Positions 47,273-60,405 of a stretch of 64,000 nucleotides of DNA are shown here, piece after piece (position 1 is the first letter of the stretch; every line of letters starts with the position of its first letter). Source of the DNA: Callorhinchus milii (lineage: Eukaryota); contig NW_024704743.1 of assembly GCF_018977255.1 (NCBI RefSeq), positions 66,156,001 to 66,220,000 on the forward strand, in the 5' to 3' direction. The translations under genes and the position numbers were made by a program. The notes under the pieces were generated by a model, which saw only the letters and a program-made list of their open reading frames with translations, had not been told where the DNA came from and made no database searches.

Positions 47273-49239
47273 AAGGAGGAAGTCTCAAAGCACTCACAAA
47301 AATGATGGGAATTATTGAACAGGGAGGAGAGTTAAGGGAACCTGATGGTGTTAAAAACAAAGACATTATTACAGTCACATATTGAGGCCATATTGAGGAT
47401 AATGTAGTTTTTTGGGATACTGATGGATATCAGGGAGAATTACTGTGCTGCACTATATCATTAACTAGATTCAGTAACATACCTTTGAGTTTGTGGCTGT
47501 GTTTCTAAAATCCTCACAATACCAATGCTAATCTAGTGTAGCAAGAATTGCTTATTTAAAGAAAGAAATAACCTTTTTTAAATTACATTTTATCATGTGA
47601 CACACACAGAAACCCATCACCAATAATAAGAGCGTCCAAACCAAAGTACTGAAGGTTCCATATATGAAAGTCAAAGTTCCGACGTGGGGCTTGAACCCAG
47701 GTTTGGAAGGATATAAAACTTTGGCGGGTGTCCAGTGATACTTCACTTTACCAATACATGGGTTGAAGGGGCTCAATGATGAGTGGCTTGGTAATTTGTC
47801 ATTATATACCGTAGGGTAAAGGAGGAAAAAGGGTGATTTGATTGTGGCTTTGAAATAATGTAAAGAATTAACTGGTTAGATAGTGGCAACTCTTCCCCTC
47901 AGTAGAATAATCAACTAAACTACTGATAACCCTAATCCTCCTACTATTCCTTTGTGCCTGTAAAAAAATGAAGATTTAGTAACAGCTTCAGTGTTGTAAA
48001 CTTTATATGTTTCTGATTCTAGGAATAGCAAAATGTTGCATTTTCTGAAAGTCAATATCCATTTGGTATGTGTTTGGCTAGGGCAATCTATTTAGCCATA
48101 AATTGGTTTCTTACTTCATTTTATTCAAAAAGGCTTGCCTGTAAAGCATAATAAAATAATCAAAGGAGCCAGCATTACCAAGAAGTAACAGGGAAATGCA
48201 TTTCCCAGTAGAAAAACAACTTAATGTGGCAAGATGAATTTTGTCAGTGAAAATAAAGTACTTTCTTACTGAAACTCAGACTCACTGCCTCGCTTGCTCC
48301 CCTGACACTCCTGCTTTGAGTCAACTTTACCAGGATTAACAGTCACAAAAAGATGATTATCTTTACAGGAAATGAAGCTCATAAAACTGTCTAAAGAAGG
48401 GTTCAGTCTCCCATCAAGGTCTGTGAAGCCTGAGACTCTTTTAATTGATCACTGGGAGGAAAAGCATAAAGAGAGGTTGAATTTTTTCAGCTTTAGTAGT
48501 GGTGAGTTAGTCACACAGCAAGAATCTTTAGGAACACTTACAAAGCAGGATTTTCCTTAATATTTATACTTTGTGGTATGGAGCATTAGACAAAAAACAA
48601 TATGACTAACGATGAATGTTACTTTTACTTGTTTATGCAGCTCCCACTCCCCAGTCCCTCCCTATAGCCCGATGAGCTGTGAATTGTGAGGGATATTCAG
48701 GTTCATGTATTCGCTCTGGATACATTTGGCATGCAAAAGACCTTCATGAAGAAGGCCCTGAAATAGGCTAAACCTGAAACAGGATTTGTGGACAAGAGGA
48801 TATTTCAGAAATCGATCAAAGGATATTTTAAAGTTATATTTTCAACATTACAAACAACACAAATTCAACAGTCAATAACCACCAAAATTAAACCATTAGA
48901 CCAGGAGTAATAGCAGTTAGAATCTGTTACATAGTTCATCTGGCAATGTGCAAAAAATACAGATGAACACAGCTGTTCTAGTTGTTTAGATCACTTGGAC
49001 AAGTATTAATGAAATAAAATACCTTGATTAAGACACGGACCAGGCATAATACTATATGCTCACATCTGGTAACAGGCTCCTCCTGGCAGGAGCTATGTAT
49101 CATTTTGGACACCCTTCCAGTTTAAAATAATCTGTCAAATAGCTTTTGTCATTTAATACTGGTGATTTAAAGGCAGAGTTTTCCAATGTCACGGATAAGC
49201 CCATTCCCAAATAACTTATAGTTATCTATATGTCTGGGA

Positions 49240-49440
49240 GGGGTACAAAATTATAAGGGTTTTGACAGGGTAAATAGGAAGAAGCTATTTTCACTAGTAG
49301 GAGAGTCAGTGAATAGGGGCCCAGTTATAAGATATGCACAACATGAGCAAAAGCAGAGCTTAGGCAAAATTCTTTCACTGAAGAGTTATTGGAAGATGGA
49401 ATACCCTGCCAAGTAAGGTGGTAGAGATAGAGTTCACAGA
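49240..49440 (+). mobile_element. Old CR1 ORF2 C-terminal fragment
   Basis: YKIIRVLTG.../RQNSFTEELLEDG-type remnant: gtacaaaattataagggttttgacagggtaaatagg...ttctttcactgaagagttattggaagatggaatacc. Confidence 0.65.
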
Positions 49441-49473
49441 AACTTGTATTGATATAGCGCTCTTCTTGTGCTT

Positions 49474-49720
49474 AGTCCTGTAGCTTAGTGGTTAGAGCAC
49501 TCCCCTCACAAGCGAGAGGACCTGGGTTCGATTTCTGGCAGGGAGAAATGTTGGGTAAGTTTCCTTACTCCACATGCCTCTGTTCACCTAGCAGTAAGTA
49601 GTAAAATAAATAATAATAATTTGATCACTCAAACCATGACTGTTTGTGGGACACTGTGTGTGGAATTGGCTGCCACGTTTTGCCCACAAGATATACAGTC
49701 AATTCACTTTACAGTATATA
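49474..49720 (+). mobile_element. Deu SINE lacking its terminal tail
   Basis: agtcctgtagcttagtggttagagcac head, B box, Deu core; ends in TA-rich sequence. Confidence 0.85.
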
Positions 49721-50109
49721 TATCATGTATATCATATATATGATATGGAAGGGTTATTATTTTTAACAGTGACACTGAGCCAATGGATGGGACTATAAGC
49801 ATGGTCGAGGGGAAGGTCTTCAGGCATGATCTGAAAAAGGGGAAGGAGGGGACAAGGTGGAGGGATTGAGAGAGACAGTTCCATGTTTTGGAGGTATAAT
49901 GACTGAAAGCATGGCCGCCGATGGAACACCTTACTCTGAGAGCCAGTGCAGACTCAATGGGCTACCTTCTATGCATAAGTTTCCATGATTCTATGTTATC
50001 TGTATGATTGAGAAGGGATTAGTATATGTCTGCTTGAGAAATTCAACCTTGCCTAATCCATTTTGCCCTATTAATTTATTGCCCACACAAGTATCTAACA
50101 AGTGAAGGC

Positions 50110-50822
50110 AAGAATCTTGTACTTGATCCTATGCAGAATAAGGATCCAGTGGAGCTGGGCAAGGATGAGGATGATAGGTTTGATAGCCTGGGAGAGGACA
50201 CTAGCTACAGAGTTCTAAATGGTCTGTAGCTTGTGGAAGGAAGAGTTGGGCAGTGAGCAGTGAGTTGATTTAGTCAAGCCTGGATGCAATAAAACAATAG
50301 ATAAGAGCCTCGGCGGCCTGATCGGGAGAAGTCATGGTGGAGGTAGGCAATGTTGGAGAGGTAGGGGAAAGCTGGAAAGGTTAAATCACAAATGTAACTT
50401 TTATAGGACTGTTGAGTCGAACAAGACATCGAGGTTCCGCATTGGCTCCATGAGATGGAGTGTGCATCCATGTAGATTGATGCTGTCAGTATCTGAGGTG
50501 GGAAGGCGCTGATGAGAGACAAGCAGGAGAGTCTCTGTCCTGTTGACATTCAACTGGAGGATGTTAGAGTTTATGCAGAACTTGATGTCCAACAGACAAT
50601 AGGTCAGGATAGACAATCAGTCAGGACAGCAGTGGTCATGGAATCAAGGGTGCAAGAAGAAATAGAGCTTGGTGTTATCCACATAAGTGTAGAAGTTAAA
50701 CCAATGCCTTAATATGACATCACCGAGTGGAAGCATGCAAATAATAAAGAGGAAAAGACTGAAGATGGAGCCTTGAGAAACAACGCACTTGATGGAGGCA
50801 GGAGGAGAAGCCATTGGTTTAT
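50110..50822 (-). mobile_element. Old L2 RT fragment
   Basis: VSQGSIFSLFLFIICMLPLGDVILRHWFNFYTYVDNTKLY (decayed YADD) and LQLNVNRTETLL. Confidence 0.85.
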
Positions 50823-50825
50823 ACA

Positions 50826-50952
50826 AAGGACTTGAAGGGGTATGGGGATAAGGAGGGGCAGTGGGATTGAATGAATATCCTTGCTCTGTGAGCCAGTGTG
50901 GACTCGTTTGGCCGAATGGCCTCCTTCTGCACTATAGATCTCTATGTTTCTA
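50826..50952 (+). mobile_element. CR1 3' tail
   Basis: tgaaggggtatgggg...ggccgaatggcctccttctgcactatagatctctatgtttctat. Confidence 0.8.
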
Positions 50953-51614
50953 TAAGTGTTTAGCAGAACCACACAATGGTGTTTCTATGAAAAGTCTTCA
51001 AAACATGATTGACATTTCTGAGATACAACTGACTTCAATTATAACTATAAATAAAAATGCATAAGAATTTATAAACTGAACTTACTGAACTTGTTCCATG
51101 TTGGCGCAAGTGTGTAGATTATGTTGATGACTTTGTAGAAAAATAACTGCACTGCTGTATTTAAAAGAGCTTCTTTTGTATCAATGTTGTATTGTAAATT
51201 AATATTTAATGAGACTTGAGAAAATAGAAAAGAGGCATTACTTTTATTATTAGTACGAGGCATCCCTCATACAATTCAATTTTATAGAACAGCTTTCACG
51301 AGAATATCTCAAAGCTCGAGACAATGCTGGATAAGGACACGGCCACCAAATGCCTGTTACACACTATTACCTCATCTTAGTCCCACTTCACAATTTTCTG
51401 TCCATCACTTTTTGTTAATCCCTCAATCGATTTCGCCTCTGTGTTTTTTTTGGAACAGTCATTTTAAACACTTCTCATTCTCTACAAGATTAAATTGAGC
51501 CTGGCCTCAGGCCTAACCAGTTTTTTCCCTAATAATTAATTGCCCACCGAGGAAATAACAGGTATAAGTTAGGACTGAAACAAGGCCTCAGTTAAAAAAA
51601 CACAAACCCAAGAT

Positions 51615-52280
51615 GGGTTCAGATGAAGATGACCCTTTAGCCCATTTGATCTCATCCTTCCAGAATATACACCTTTCTGTCCTCCCATCACAACATCAAG
51701 CTGTATTTTAAATTTGTTTAGCATCCTTGCCTCAACTCCTTCCTGGTAGGTTGTTAATTACTCCAGTTGTAATTACTCATTTTCTGGTATCGGTCCTTTT
51801 AGAATCCTAAACCTATGACCTCTTGTTCTGCTGTCTTGGTTCATCAATAAGTATTGTTCTGGGTTTACTTTCTCAATTCAATTTAAAATGTTGGATACTT
51901 CTAAAAGATATTTATTTTCAAGAGTGAAAAATCCTATATTGTCTAATCATTGATCATAACACATTCCTCTTATACTGGAGATCATCCTCATTGTTCTCCT
52001 CTGCATTGCCTCTCAGGTCTGGGCACCTCCCTTACATTGCAGTGACCAGAACTGTATTTAGTACTCTAGGTATAGCCTGACTGGAGCACTATATACAAGC
52101 TTGAGTACATCTGGGCATCTAAACTTAATTAATTTATCAATATAGCTCAACATCTTGTTTGTTTTGTTTATTGTTGCCTCACACAACTTTGACATAGTAA
52201 ATGATGGGTCAACTAACGCCCTAGATCACTATCAGCTTCCTCCTTGGCAAGTTCTATCCCATCCATGAAGTACATGTGTT
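51615..52280 (-). mobile_element. Very old CR1 ORF2 C-terminus and 3' UTR
   Basis: Minus strand reads YSAPVRLYLEY*IQFWSL...AMQRRTMRMI, the CR1 PHLEYCVQFWSP/QRRAT motif region. Confidence 0.75.
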
Positions 52281-53149
52281 AGTGGTTAAAGCTGCAGGAA
52301 CAGAGGAAGTTGAACATATTGTATATTTACAGACAAATAACTTAATTATATTGCACATTTATACACAGACCAAAATAATAATTTAAAAGGATGATATTTA
52401 GAATCTAATTTGCGAAATTTGCAGCAGGGATAGGAAGTGCTAATCATAACTTCCGTTTGAGAGCAGGTTGAACTCTTTGAATCTCTTCTCAAAACATAAT
52501 AGAGTACTCAGACCCAGAATAATTATTGTTGTTCATTAAATTCTCCTCGACACTTTAGTAGCCTTTTATGCTTTCTTATGTGCTTATGGAGCCATGTTAA
52601 CCATTGGAAAAATATTGTATTTACATCAAATTTGTTTCGTGACTTTTAATTATAATCGAAATGTATGGATTTGAAACCCATTCAATATTTGTAAGCACCA
52701 CAGCCAGAATTGCTTCGCCCCTGAAAATAAGAAAGTTGTAGAAATGTTATACTAGTCTTAGCACAGATACATAATACTGTATTATTTAAGTAGTAAACAG
52801 TGTTTATCCATTTCTAACCCTTCTTGCTGTGGCTAAAACCACAGAAATTGACCAGTACCTCCACACTGTTCTGATGTGGGAGATTTAGAGTGGAACATGG
52901 GAAGTACACCCTGCAATATTTTTAAACAGACAGATATTTTCTAATCCAAAGTAATCAAATTAAACAACTTGACATTTTGCCTGGATCATTAAGCTTGGAT
53001 CATTACCTTAAAACAAACTCATGCCAAAGTTTGCAAAATTCATTTTAAATAATGCAGAGACCAACACAATAAGGATCAGCTTCTAAACTCTACTAAGAGA
53101 TAAAGGAAATGTTGCTTGAGTGTGATGAAAGGTGAAACCTTCTTAAAAA

Positions 53150-53555
53150 AATCTTACATTTTATATAATTCCTATCAAAGCATGTCAAAACACTGCACAG
53201 AGTTTCTGTACAGTACAGTAACTATTTTCTGTAGTAGGCAAGCACAATAGCGAATTTGCACAGAGCATTACTCCACAAACAGCCAGAAAGTGAATAATTA
53301 CTTTTATTTGGGGTATTGCTTTAGAGGACACTAAAAGGAAATCCTCTTCTCTTTTCTAAGTACCCTGGAATCTTTAATGTCAACTTGAACAAATAAGTGG
53401 GAACTCCTTTTAATGTCTCATTTAAAGGACAGCACTTTGAACAACGCATTGCTCTTCCAGTGCTATATTTTGAGTGTTAGTCTGGATTGTACATTGAATC
53501 CACAACTTTCTGACACAGAGGCAAAAGAGCTATCAACTGAGTCAGGATGGCACTT
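53150..53555 (-). mobile_element. Older Deu SINE
   Basis: Reverse Deu core aatttgcacagagca..ccacaaacagc and head ccacaactttctgacacagaggc...caactgagtc. Confidence 0.72.
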
Positions 53556-54129
53556 TATTTGGTGAATACTCAGTGCTATCTCTAGAATGGTTAAATAGAA
53601 TATGAAGTAATTATTGCAAATGGCTCTCTTATCAGTCCAGAAAAGTATTGCTATTGATCTTATGAAATATATATTAGTAACAGCTGCCTATTACAATAGT
53701 GCCACTTAAATCTGTCAGAGCTTGTGATGCAGGGGCTGCTGATTTTCTCTTCTGATACAAGAAAAGGTTTCTATTTATGGCTTCAAAAGGAGCTTCACCA
53801 TTAATGGTGCAGGATCTGATGAGGGCAATGCTTCCTCCAGCGAGTTATTCGCCAGATAAAAGCAAGCTTACTGCAAGATTTGTGGGAAGTATAATGCCTG
53901 CATACCGCGATCATGTTTCATTGGCAGCACTATAGGTTAACACTTGTACCAGCTGGGAGGTGAAGTGGACAGAGAAGGCAGATCAGCTGTTACTAACATC
54001 TGGACCAGTGGTGTCTGCGTAGTGAGTGTTTAATTCTTCTGCATCCAGAATTAAACAATTCATCAGAGCAGTCTTTCAGAATTATCAATAGCAAATTGCC
54101 GATGTACTTCAATCACCCCATTTATAATT

Positions 54130-54468
54130 TAGCTGACACTCCAATGCAGAACTAGGGGAGCATTAAATTGTTAAAGGTATTATCCTTTAAGTGAGACATT
54201 AAACAAAGATTCTGTCTGCCGGATCAAGTGGATGTTAATGATCCCATGGAAATACTCAAAGACAAGGACGTTTCTCCTGGTCCTGGCCAACAATCTACAA
54301 GATAAAATGAATCATTCACTACATGGCTGTAAGTGGGACATGCTATGTGCAAACTGGCTGTTCTATTCAACCACAAATATTAAGTCACGACACTTTATAG
54401 TAAATCCTGTGAAACTTTTTTAACAATATCATAAGGCACTATGTCAAATGCAAGGATTATTATTTATT
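54130..54468 (+). mobile_element. Older Deu SINE (head lost)
   Basis: agctgacactccaatgcag, gagacattaaac, ggatgttaatgatcccatgg, Deu core, tail. Confidence 0.72.
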
Positions 54469-54623
54469 AATTATCTAATTTTACACCAAATAATTTAACA
54501 ATACATTACATACCTATCAATAAAGCAACTTGTAAAGTGTTTTAAAAACTCACTGCATATGATAGTATATATATTTTCAACGGCGATAATGGGTTGAAAA
54601 TATATTGTTTGACATATATTACA

Positions 54624-54997
54624 TCAACAACAACAAAATTACATTTGTATAGTGCCTTTCACGTTAGGAGGACGTCCCAAGGCGCTGGACAGTCAGTGTT
54701 TCAGACCAGAGCTGGTGGTTGGGATCAGAGAGGGTGGAGGACAGGAGGGAAGGAGGGTGATCGAAGGCATAGTCGAAGCGGAGGGTTTTGAGATGGGTCT
54801 TGAAGGGGGTAACAGCAACAACAACAAAATTACATTTATAGAGCGCCTTTCATGTCGGGAGGACGTCCCAAGTAAGGGAGGGAGCTCTCATTCAGGACTT
54901 GATGTCTGACAGACATTCTGTCAGGATATCAGTGGTCCTGGAGTCAAGAGTGGAAGCGGAGAGATAGAGTCGAATGTCATCCGCATACATGTGGATT
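54624..54997 (-). mobile_element. Mosaic of L2 pieces: tail and UTR, a second tail, and an RT segment with intact YADD
   Basis: Two (caa)n tails at about 54626 and 54811. Minus-strand HMYADDIRLYLSASTLDSRTTDILTECLSDIKS. Confidence 0.85.
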
Positions 54998-55282
54998 ACA
55001 TGACTGTAATTAACAGGGTGTAGTCAATTAGGGTAAACTCTATTTAAACTATAATTCCCACCAGTGAGTCATTGGTCAGTTTCCAATGAAAACATTAAAT
55101 GTACAGCAATAATGAATGAATTATTCCTCTTGTAGTGGGAAAAGAATTAACCCTTACCCTGAAGAATGAACTCAAACAATAGGAAATGAGATAGAAAACT
55201 TTTCTTATATCAAAATGTTACAGTAAGTAAATTGTAAATAAAATAATTCCAGGTACTGTTACTGTACACTGTACTGGTGGTC

Positions 55283-55585
55283 ATAATAATAATCCTTGCA
55301 TTTGATATAGCGCTTTTCACGTTGGGAGGACGTCCCAAAGCGCTTCACAGAATATAGTGTAAAGTGAATTGACTGTATATTTGCGGCAGCCAATTGCGCA
55401 CAGCAATGTCCCACAAACAGTCGTAGATTGAAAATGACCAATTTTATTATTGTTTTGTTTTTTGGAGGGATTATTATTAGGCGTGTGGAGTAAGGAAACT
55501 TGCCCAAGGTTTCGCCCTGCCTGGAATTGAACTCAGGTCTCTCACTTGCAAAACGAGTGCTCTAACCACTGAGCTACAGGTCTCC
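55283..55585 (-). mobile_element. Full-length young Deu SINE (short subfamily)
   Basis: Reverse complement of the 560-880 type, with a small internal deletion. Confidence 0.92.
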
Positions 55586-57337
55586 GAGTTATCATTGTTC
55601 TCACATCTAAACTGCAAAGGCAACTGGGGAGGTGATTCTTTGAAGTTCGATAAATTGATTGACCTTGGCTGTGTGTAATCCTACAGTGTAGATTTTAGAA
55701 GAGAAGAGGACACAGGAAATGGCATGGTTTCCATGCATTTAATGCTTTTTTTTGTAATATGGAAGAAAATCAAACACTTTGAATTTCAGGAAGTGGCCTG
55801 AATTATCTTATTTTCAATTGTGCTGGCAGCATTTGAATGTTGCTTCACATGATACCGACAAAATTAAATTGTCCTCCTGTTTTTAGCTGTACTTAAATAG
55901 CAACCTGCATGATTGGAAATGGAAAAATATTTGGAAGCAACCATTGTGCTGGGGTAGTATCCCTTTTCTCTCATCCTCTTTCTCGAGGTGTTTAGTTATA
56001 ATAATAATTCTTGCATTTGATATAGCACCTTATCACATCTTCGAATGTCTCAAAGCACTTCACAGATTATACTGTTCAGTGAATTGACTGTATATTTTGT
56101 GGGCAAATCGCTGTCCTTCAGGAATGAGTGGCAATAAGCTGCATTTTGTAGCTTTTCTAATAATTTGTTACAAAATAGCAATATTGGGGTGAAATGTACA
56201 GCATCTTATAATATACTTGATGTGGCTTCAATGCATTATGAGCCTTCCCTGGGGGAGGGAGGAGATGAGGAATGAGTAGAACACCTTGGAACATCCTCCG
56301 GATATGAATGATGCTATACAAATGTAATTTGTTGTTGAGTACAAGGATAAAGGTGGCTGAAAGCGCAGTTGAAAAAATTGATCATAAGGCAGGCTTTAAA
56401 GGTGGAGAGTGAGAGGTCAATGTGCAGGGACTCCAGGATGGAGTTCCAGAGAGCTGGGGCGCAATGATGAAATGTCGCCAACTAATAAAGGTGGGGTGGA
56501 GTGAGACACTGGAGGACTTTGAAAGTGAGGACGAGAATTTGAGTAGCGAAGGATTTTGAGTTCAAGTTTAGTAGCATTGTTACAAACAATAGTTAATGCT
56601 GATTGCTAAAGATTTTTTTTACTGGATCCTGATAAGAGTAATTAGAATAAATATCACAAAGACTCAATGAAAAGTTTGTTGACAGTAAATTAGAACCCAG
56701 CTTTATCAGACTAAAACCATAGCATTAAGTATGAAAGCGCATAAGGAGAATAATTTAAAAATTACCAAGCAATATATTTGCATTGAGAGAAAAAGATATT
56801 TTTTTCCTGAGCAATTATTAATTTCTTCACACTAAAAAAGGTTTTATGGTTATACAGTGGCTGTCTCTATCTATCCTGTTATTTCTGCATCTATAAAAAG
56901 TAATTCACCAGTGCAAACATGGAAAGCGAGACAACTCCATTTGATAGATGTGACAAAGTAGCATAAAAATTTTACAATATCGTAAGGATAATGTGTTTCA
57001 CGGGCAGCAGGCACTAATACTGTTGTTACTAACTCAATTTTGCCTGGGAATTCCAAGAATCTGCCATAGGCACTATGTCAAAAAGATACTGATGATGTGT
57101 GTTCTCAGAATTCAAGCAGCTGTGGAGCACAGACTGGTTATTCAAGAAGACATATTTTGTCTTCCTGGCTAATTCCCTAAAATTCCACTCTTTCTGCACT
57201 TGTGAATCATTAATTTCCTGCATTTTCTGCTTTGCCATTTCTTTTGTGTAAGTGTCCCAATGTGCTATCCTCAACTTACCTCGACTGTTGTGGCGCTGTA
57301 CTTTGCAAAGTACAATTGTATTTGTAACATTTTCAAT

Positions 57338-57827
57338 AAACAACAACAACAAATTACATTTTTATATGGCCTTTGATCTTGGGAGGACTTCCAAGGCGCT
57401 GGACAGCAGGGGGTTGGGATCAGGGAGGGTGGAGGGCAGGGAGAGTAGGGTTAGGAAAGTGGCCAAAGGAGTGGTCGATGAAAAAGGGACTTGAGATGTG
57501 CTTTGAAGGATGCAAGGGAGGAAGCAAGGTGAAGGGACTGTAGTATGGAGTTCCAAAGGGTGGGGCAGAAAGGCTGAAGGCCCAACGGTCAATGGTGGGA
57601 TAGGCCAGGTGGGGGACATGGAACAGGCCTGCTGAGTAGAGTGAGCAAACGGGTTGATATGGGCTTAGCAAGTCATAGAGATAGGAAGGAGCAAGTGCTT
57701 TGAAGGTGAGGACAAGGATTTTGAACTCTATCCTGTGGGGGAGCGAGTGAAGCCGGTCGAGGGTGGAACAATAGTGTTATGGAGAGGACACAAGCTGCAG
57801 CTTATGGAGGGAGGAGTTGGGAAGGCC
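57338..57827 (-). mobile_element. L2 3' end
   Basis: (caa)n tail and 3' UTR, running into the LHKLQL-coding segment. Confidence 0.85.
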
Positions 57828-58337
57828 TTGGAGGGGGTGCAACATAGATTTACTAGGTTAGTACCAGGGATGAAGGGGATGAGTTACGAGGATAGGCTGA
57901 CCAATTTGGGCCTATATTCTCTAGAATATAGAAGAATTAGATGGGATCTTAGAGAAACCTATAAGGTCATCAAAGGGCGTGATAGAGTAGATAGTGGGAG
58001 ATGTTTCCCCTGGTTGGAGAAATTAAAACCAGGGGTCACAACCTGAAAATCAGAGGCCAGCCCTTTCACACTGAGTTGAGGAAGAACTTCTTCATTCAAA
58101 GGGTGGTGAATGTATGGAACACCCTACTCCAAAGGGCTGTTGACGCTCAGTCCTTGAACATATTCAAGACTGAGATAAATAGATTTCTTATTGCAAAAGG
58201 GATTAAGGTATATTGGGATAAGGCAGGGTCAGGTTATTAGCTGGAGTTAGATTAGAAGATCAGCTATGATTGAATGGCGGGGCAGGCTCGAAGGGCCGAA
58301 TGGCCTACTCCTGCTCCTACATGTTATGTTATGTTAT
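57823..58337 (+). mobile_element. CR1 LINE 3' about 510 bp
   Basis: LEGVQHRFTRLVPGMKGMSYEDRLTNLGLYSLEYRRIRWDL and TRGHNLKI...RKNFFIQRVVNVWNTL. Tail (atgtt)n. Confidence 0.92.
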
Positions 58338-58985
58338 CAACGCCTTCTATCCTTCTGCTCTGATCTCCTCAACATCCCCAACCCATTCCTCAGACTTACC
58401 GAACCATTGTGCAACCTAGGCTTCAGGTTCGACCCACAGCTGTCCTTCCTTCACCACATCCGGTCCCTGACGAGGATTGCCTTCCTCCACCTCCTCCACA
58501 TTGCCCGCTTCTGACCGTACCTTACCCCAGATGCAGCCGAAACTCTGGTCCATGCGTTTTGTCACCTTCCAATTCGACTTTTCAAATGCCCTTTTCGCCG
58601 GTCTCTCCAGATCCATCATACACAGGATCCAGCTTGTCCCCCTGTCAACCTGTCTGTTCCCTTTGTTCAGCAGGCTCCAGCCTGCTCCAGGTCTCCTGGC
58701 TGACCCGCCCTACCATCGTTAGCACGACTTTCAGCCTCTCCCCCCCCCCCACCCACTCTGTGGCACCCCATCGCAAAATCTCTTCTCCTTGCTCCCTTTC
58801 TTGCCTCCTTCAAGACAAGACTGAAGACCCTCCTTTTTGACCGTGCCTTCAGCCGCCCTCCTACCCACTCTGCCCTCCTTCATCCCAACCCTGCCCCCCT
58901 CGCTTGGGTCCTGATCCTTGACTGTACAGCGCCTTGGGACACCCTCCTGACATGAAAAGCACTTTACAAATATAATTTTGCGTGT
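58338..58985 (+). mobile_element. L2 3' fragment
   Basis: LCNLGFRFDPQLSFLHHI and FDFSNALFAGL; tail ccttgggacaccctcctgacatgaaaagc. Confidence 0.88.
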
Positions 58986-60029
58986 TGAGTGGCCTTTACA
59001 ATACAGAACAGATCAATATGGATTGAAACTGGACAAGCATTAATCACAGCATAACGTATATATCTAGATATGTAAATTGTATTTGTGGTGTTGCTGTGCT
59101 GTGTTAACTATTTACTGTTGAATTCTTAAGAGTCTAATCTTTACAAATGCCTAAAGGCCACAGTATATCATTTCAAGGTATATTTCATTACAGGCAGAAT
59201 TTGATCCATCTTGCTAATGTGATAAATTGTTTAAAATCAGTAGACTGAGAAGGTGCTCCTGGTGAGTATGTAATTGATCTCTCAGCCTCAAAGTCCTCTA
59301 ACTCCTATTTTCAATAATAGTTCCAACTAAGAGGACAATTACAGTATTAAGACCAAACCAGTATGGAAGATAAACAGAACATATTCTTCACACACGTGGT
59401 GCATATCCAATGTGCAAAAATAAGAAACTATATTTGGATAGCATAAACAGCTCCATTATGGACTACCATAAAATATATTATTTTCTTAGGCGGGATGGTA
59501 TATCATGAATGGTAATGTTGCATTATGGCAATCCCCTCCCTACACACACAAACACATACAACACTTACTTAAAAGTTATGTGCAGAATTTGTAGGGTTTT
59601 CTCCAAATGAACAATACTCTTTCAGTTGAGGGGTCTTCACCTTCCAAATGAATTGACTAACAATTCTCCAGATTAATTGTTTGTTCACTCCGTGGCTGAC
59701 TGTGGGACTTCCTGCTGTACATAAGTTGGCTGATACATTTAACTACAAATATACAATCATACTTGACACCAATTACCTGTAGAGAAATTTAGGGCATATG
59801 TGCAAACTGGCTGCAGTGTTTTGCCCATAAAATACACAGTCAAACCACTTTACAGTATATTCCTGTGAAGTGTTTTGAGACATCTCAACAATGTGATAAG
59901 GGGCTATATTAATTGCAAGGATTATATTATTATTATTATTTTGATGATATAGGCCGCATGTCAACTGCAAGGATCCTTATTTAATATATCACCCTGTATT
60001 ATGTGTCATGTCAGGACTTTGAGCCCTCA

Positions 60030-60405
60030 ATCAGAATGTTGATCTTAGAGTCCAGACTGATGCTCCAGGCAATGCTGGGGGAATGCTGCATTGACGAACA
60101 TGTTATCCTTATGATGAGACTTCTGAGGTACTGTCTGCTCTTCAGGTGATGTTAAAGATCCCAAGGAATTATTCGAAAAGAGTAGGCAGTTTCTCCCAGT
60201 GTCCTGGGAGAACAATCCAACAAAAGGAAAAAAAAGATCATTCATTTCATGTCTGTTTGTGGGATACTGTTGTGTCCAAATTGGCTGCCACATGCACCTA
60301 CAAATATACATTCACCGGATTCTACAATAAATCCTGTGAAGCACTTTGAAATGTTTTGATAACATGATAAGATGCTATATCAAATGCAAAGATAATTGGT
60401 TATTA
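60030..60405 (+). mobile_element. Older Deu SINE
   Basis: gaatgctgcattg, gatgttaaagatccc, ctgtttgtgggatactgttgtgtccaaattggctgcc, tail. Confidence 0.75.

Noticed and set aside
57029..57352. 107-aa minus-strand ORF
   Set aside because: Starts in an L2 (GTT)n tail; no homology recognised.
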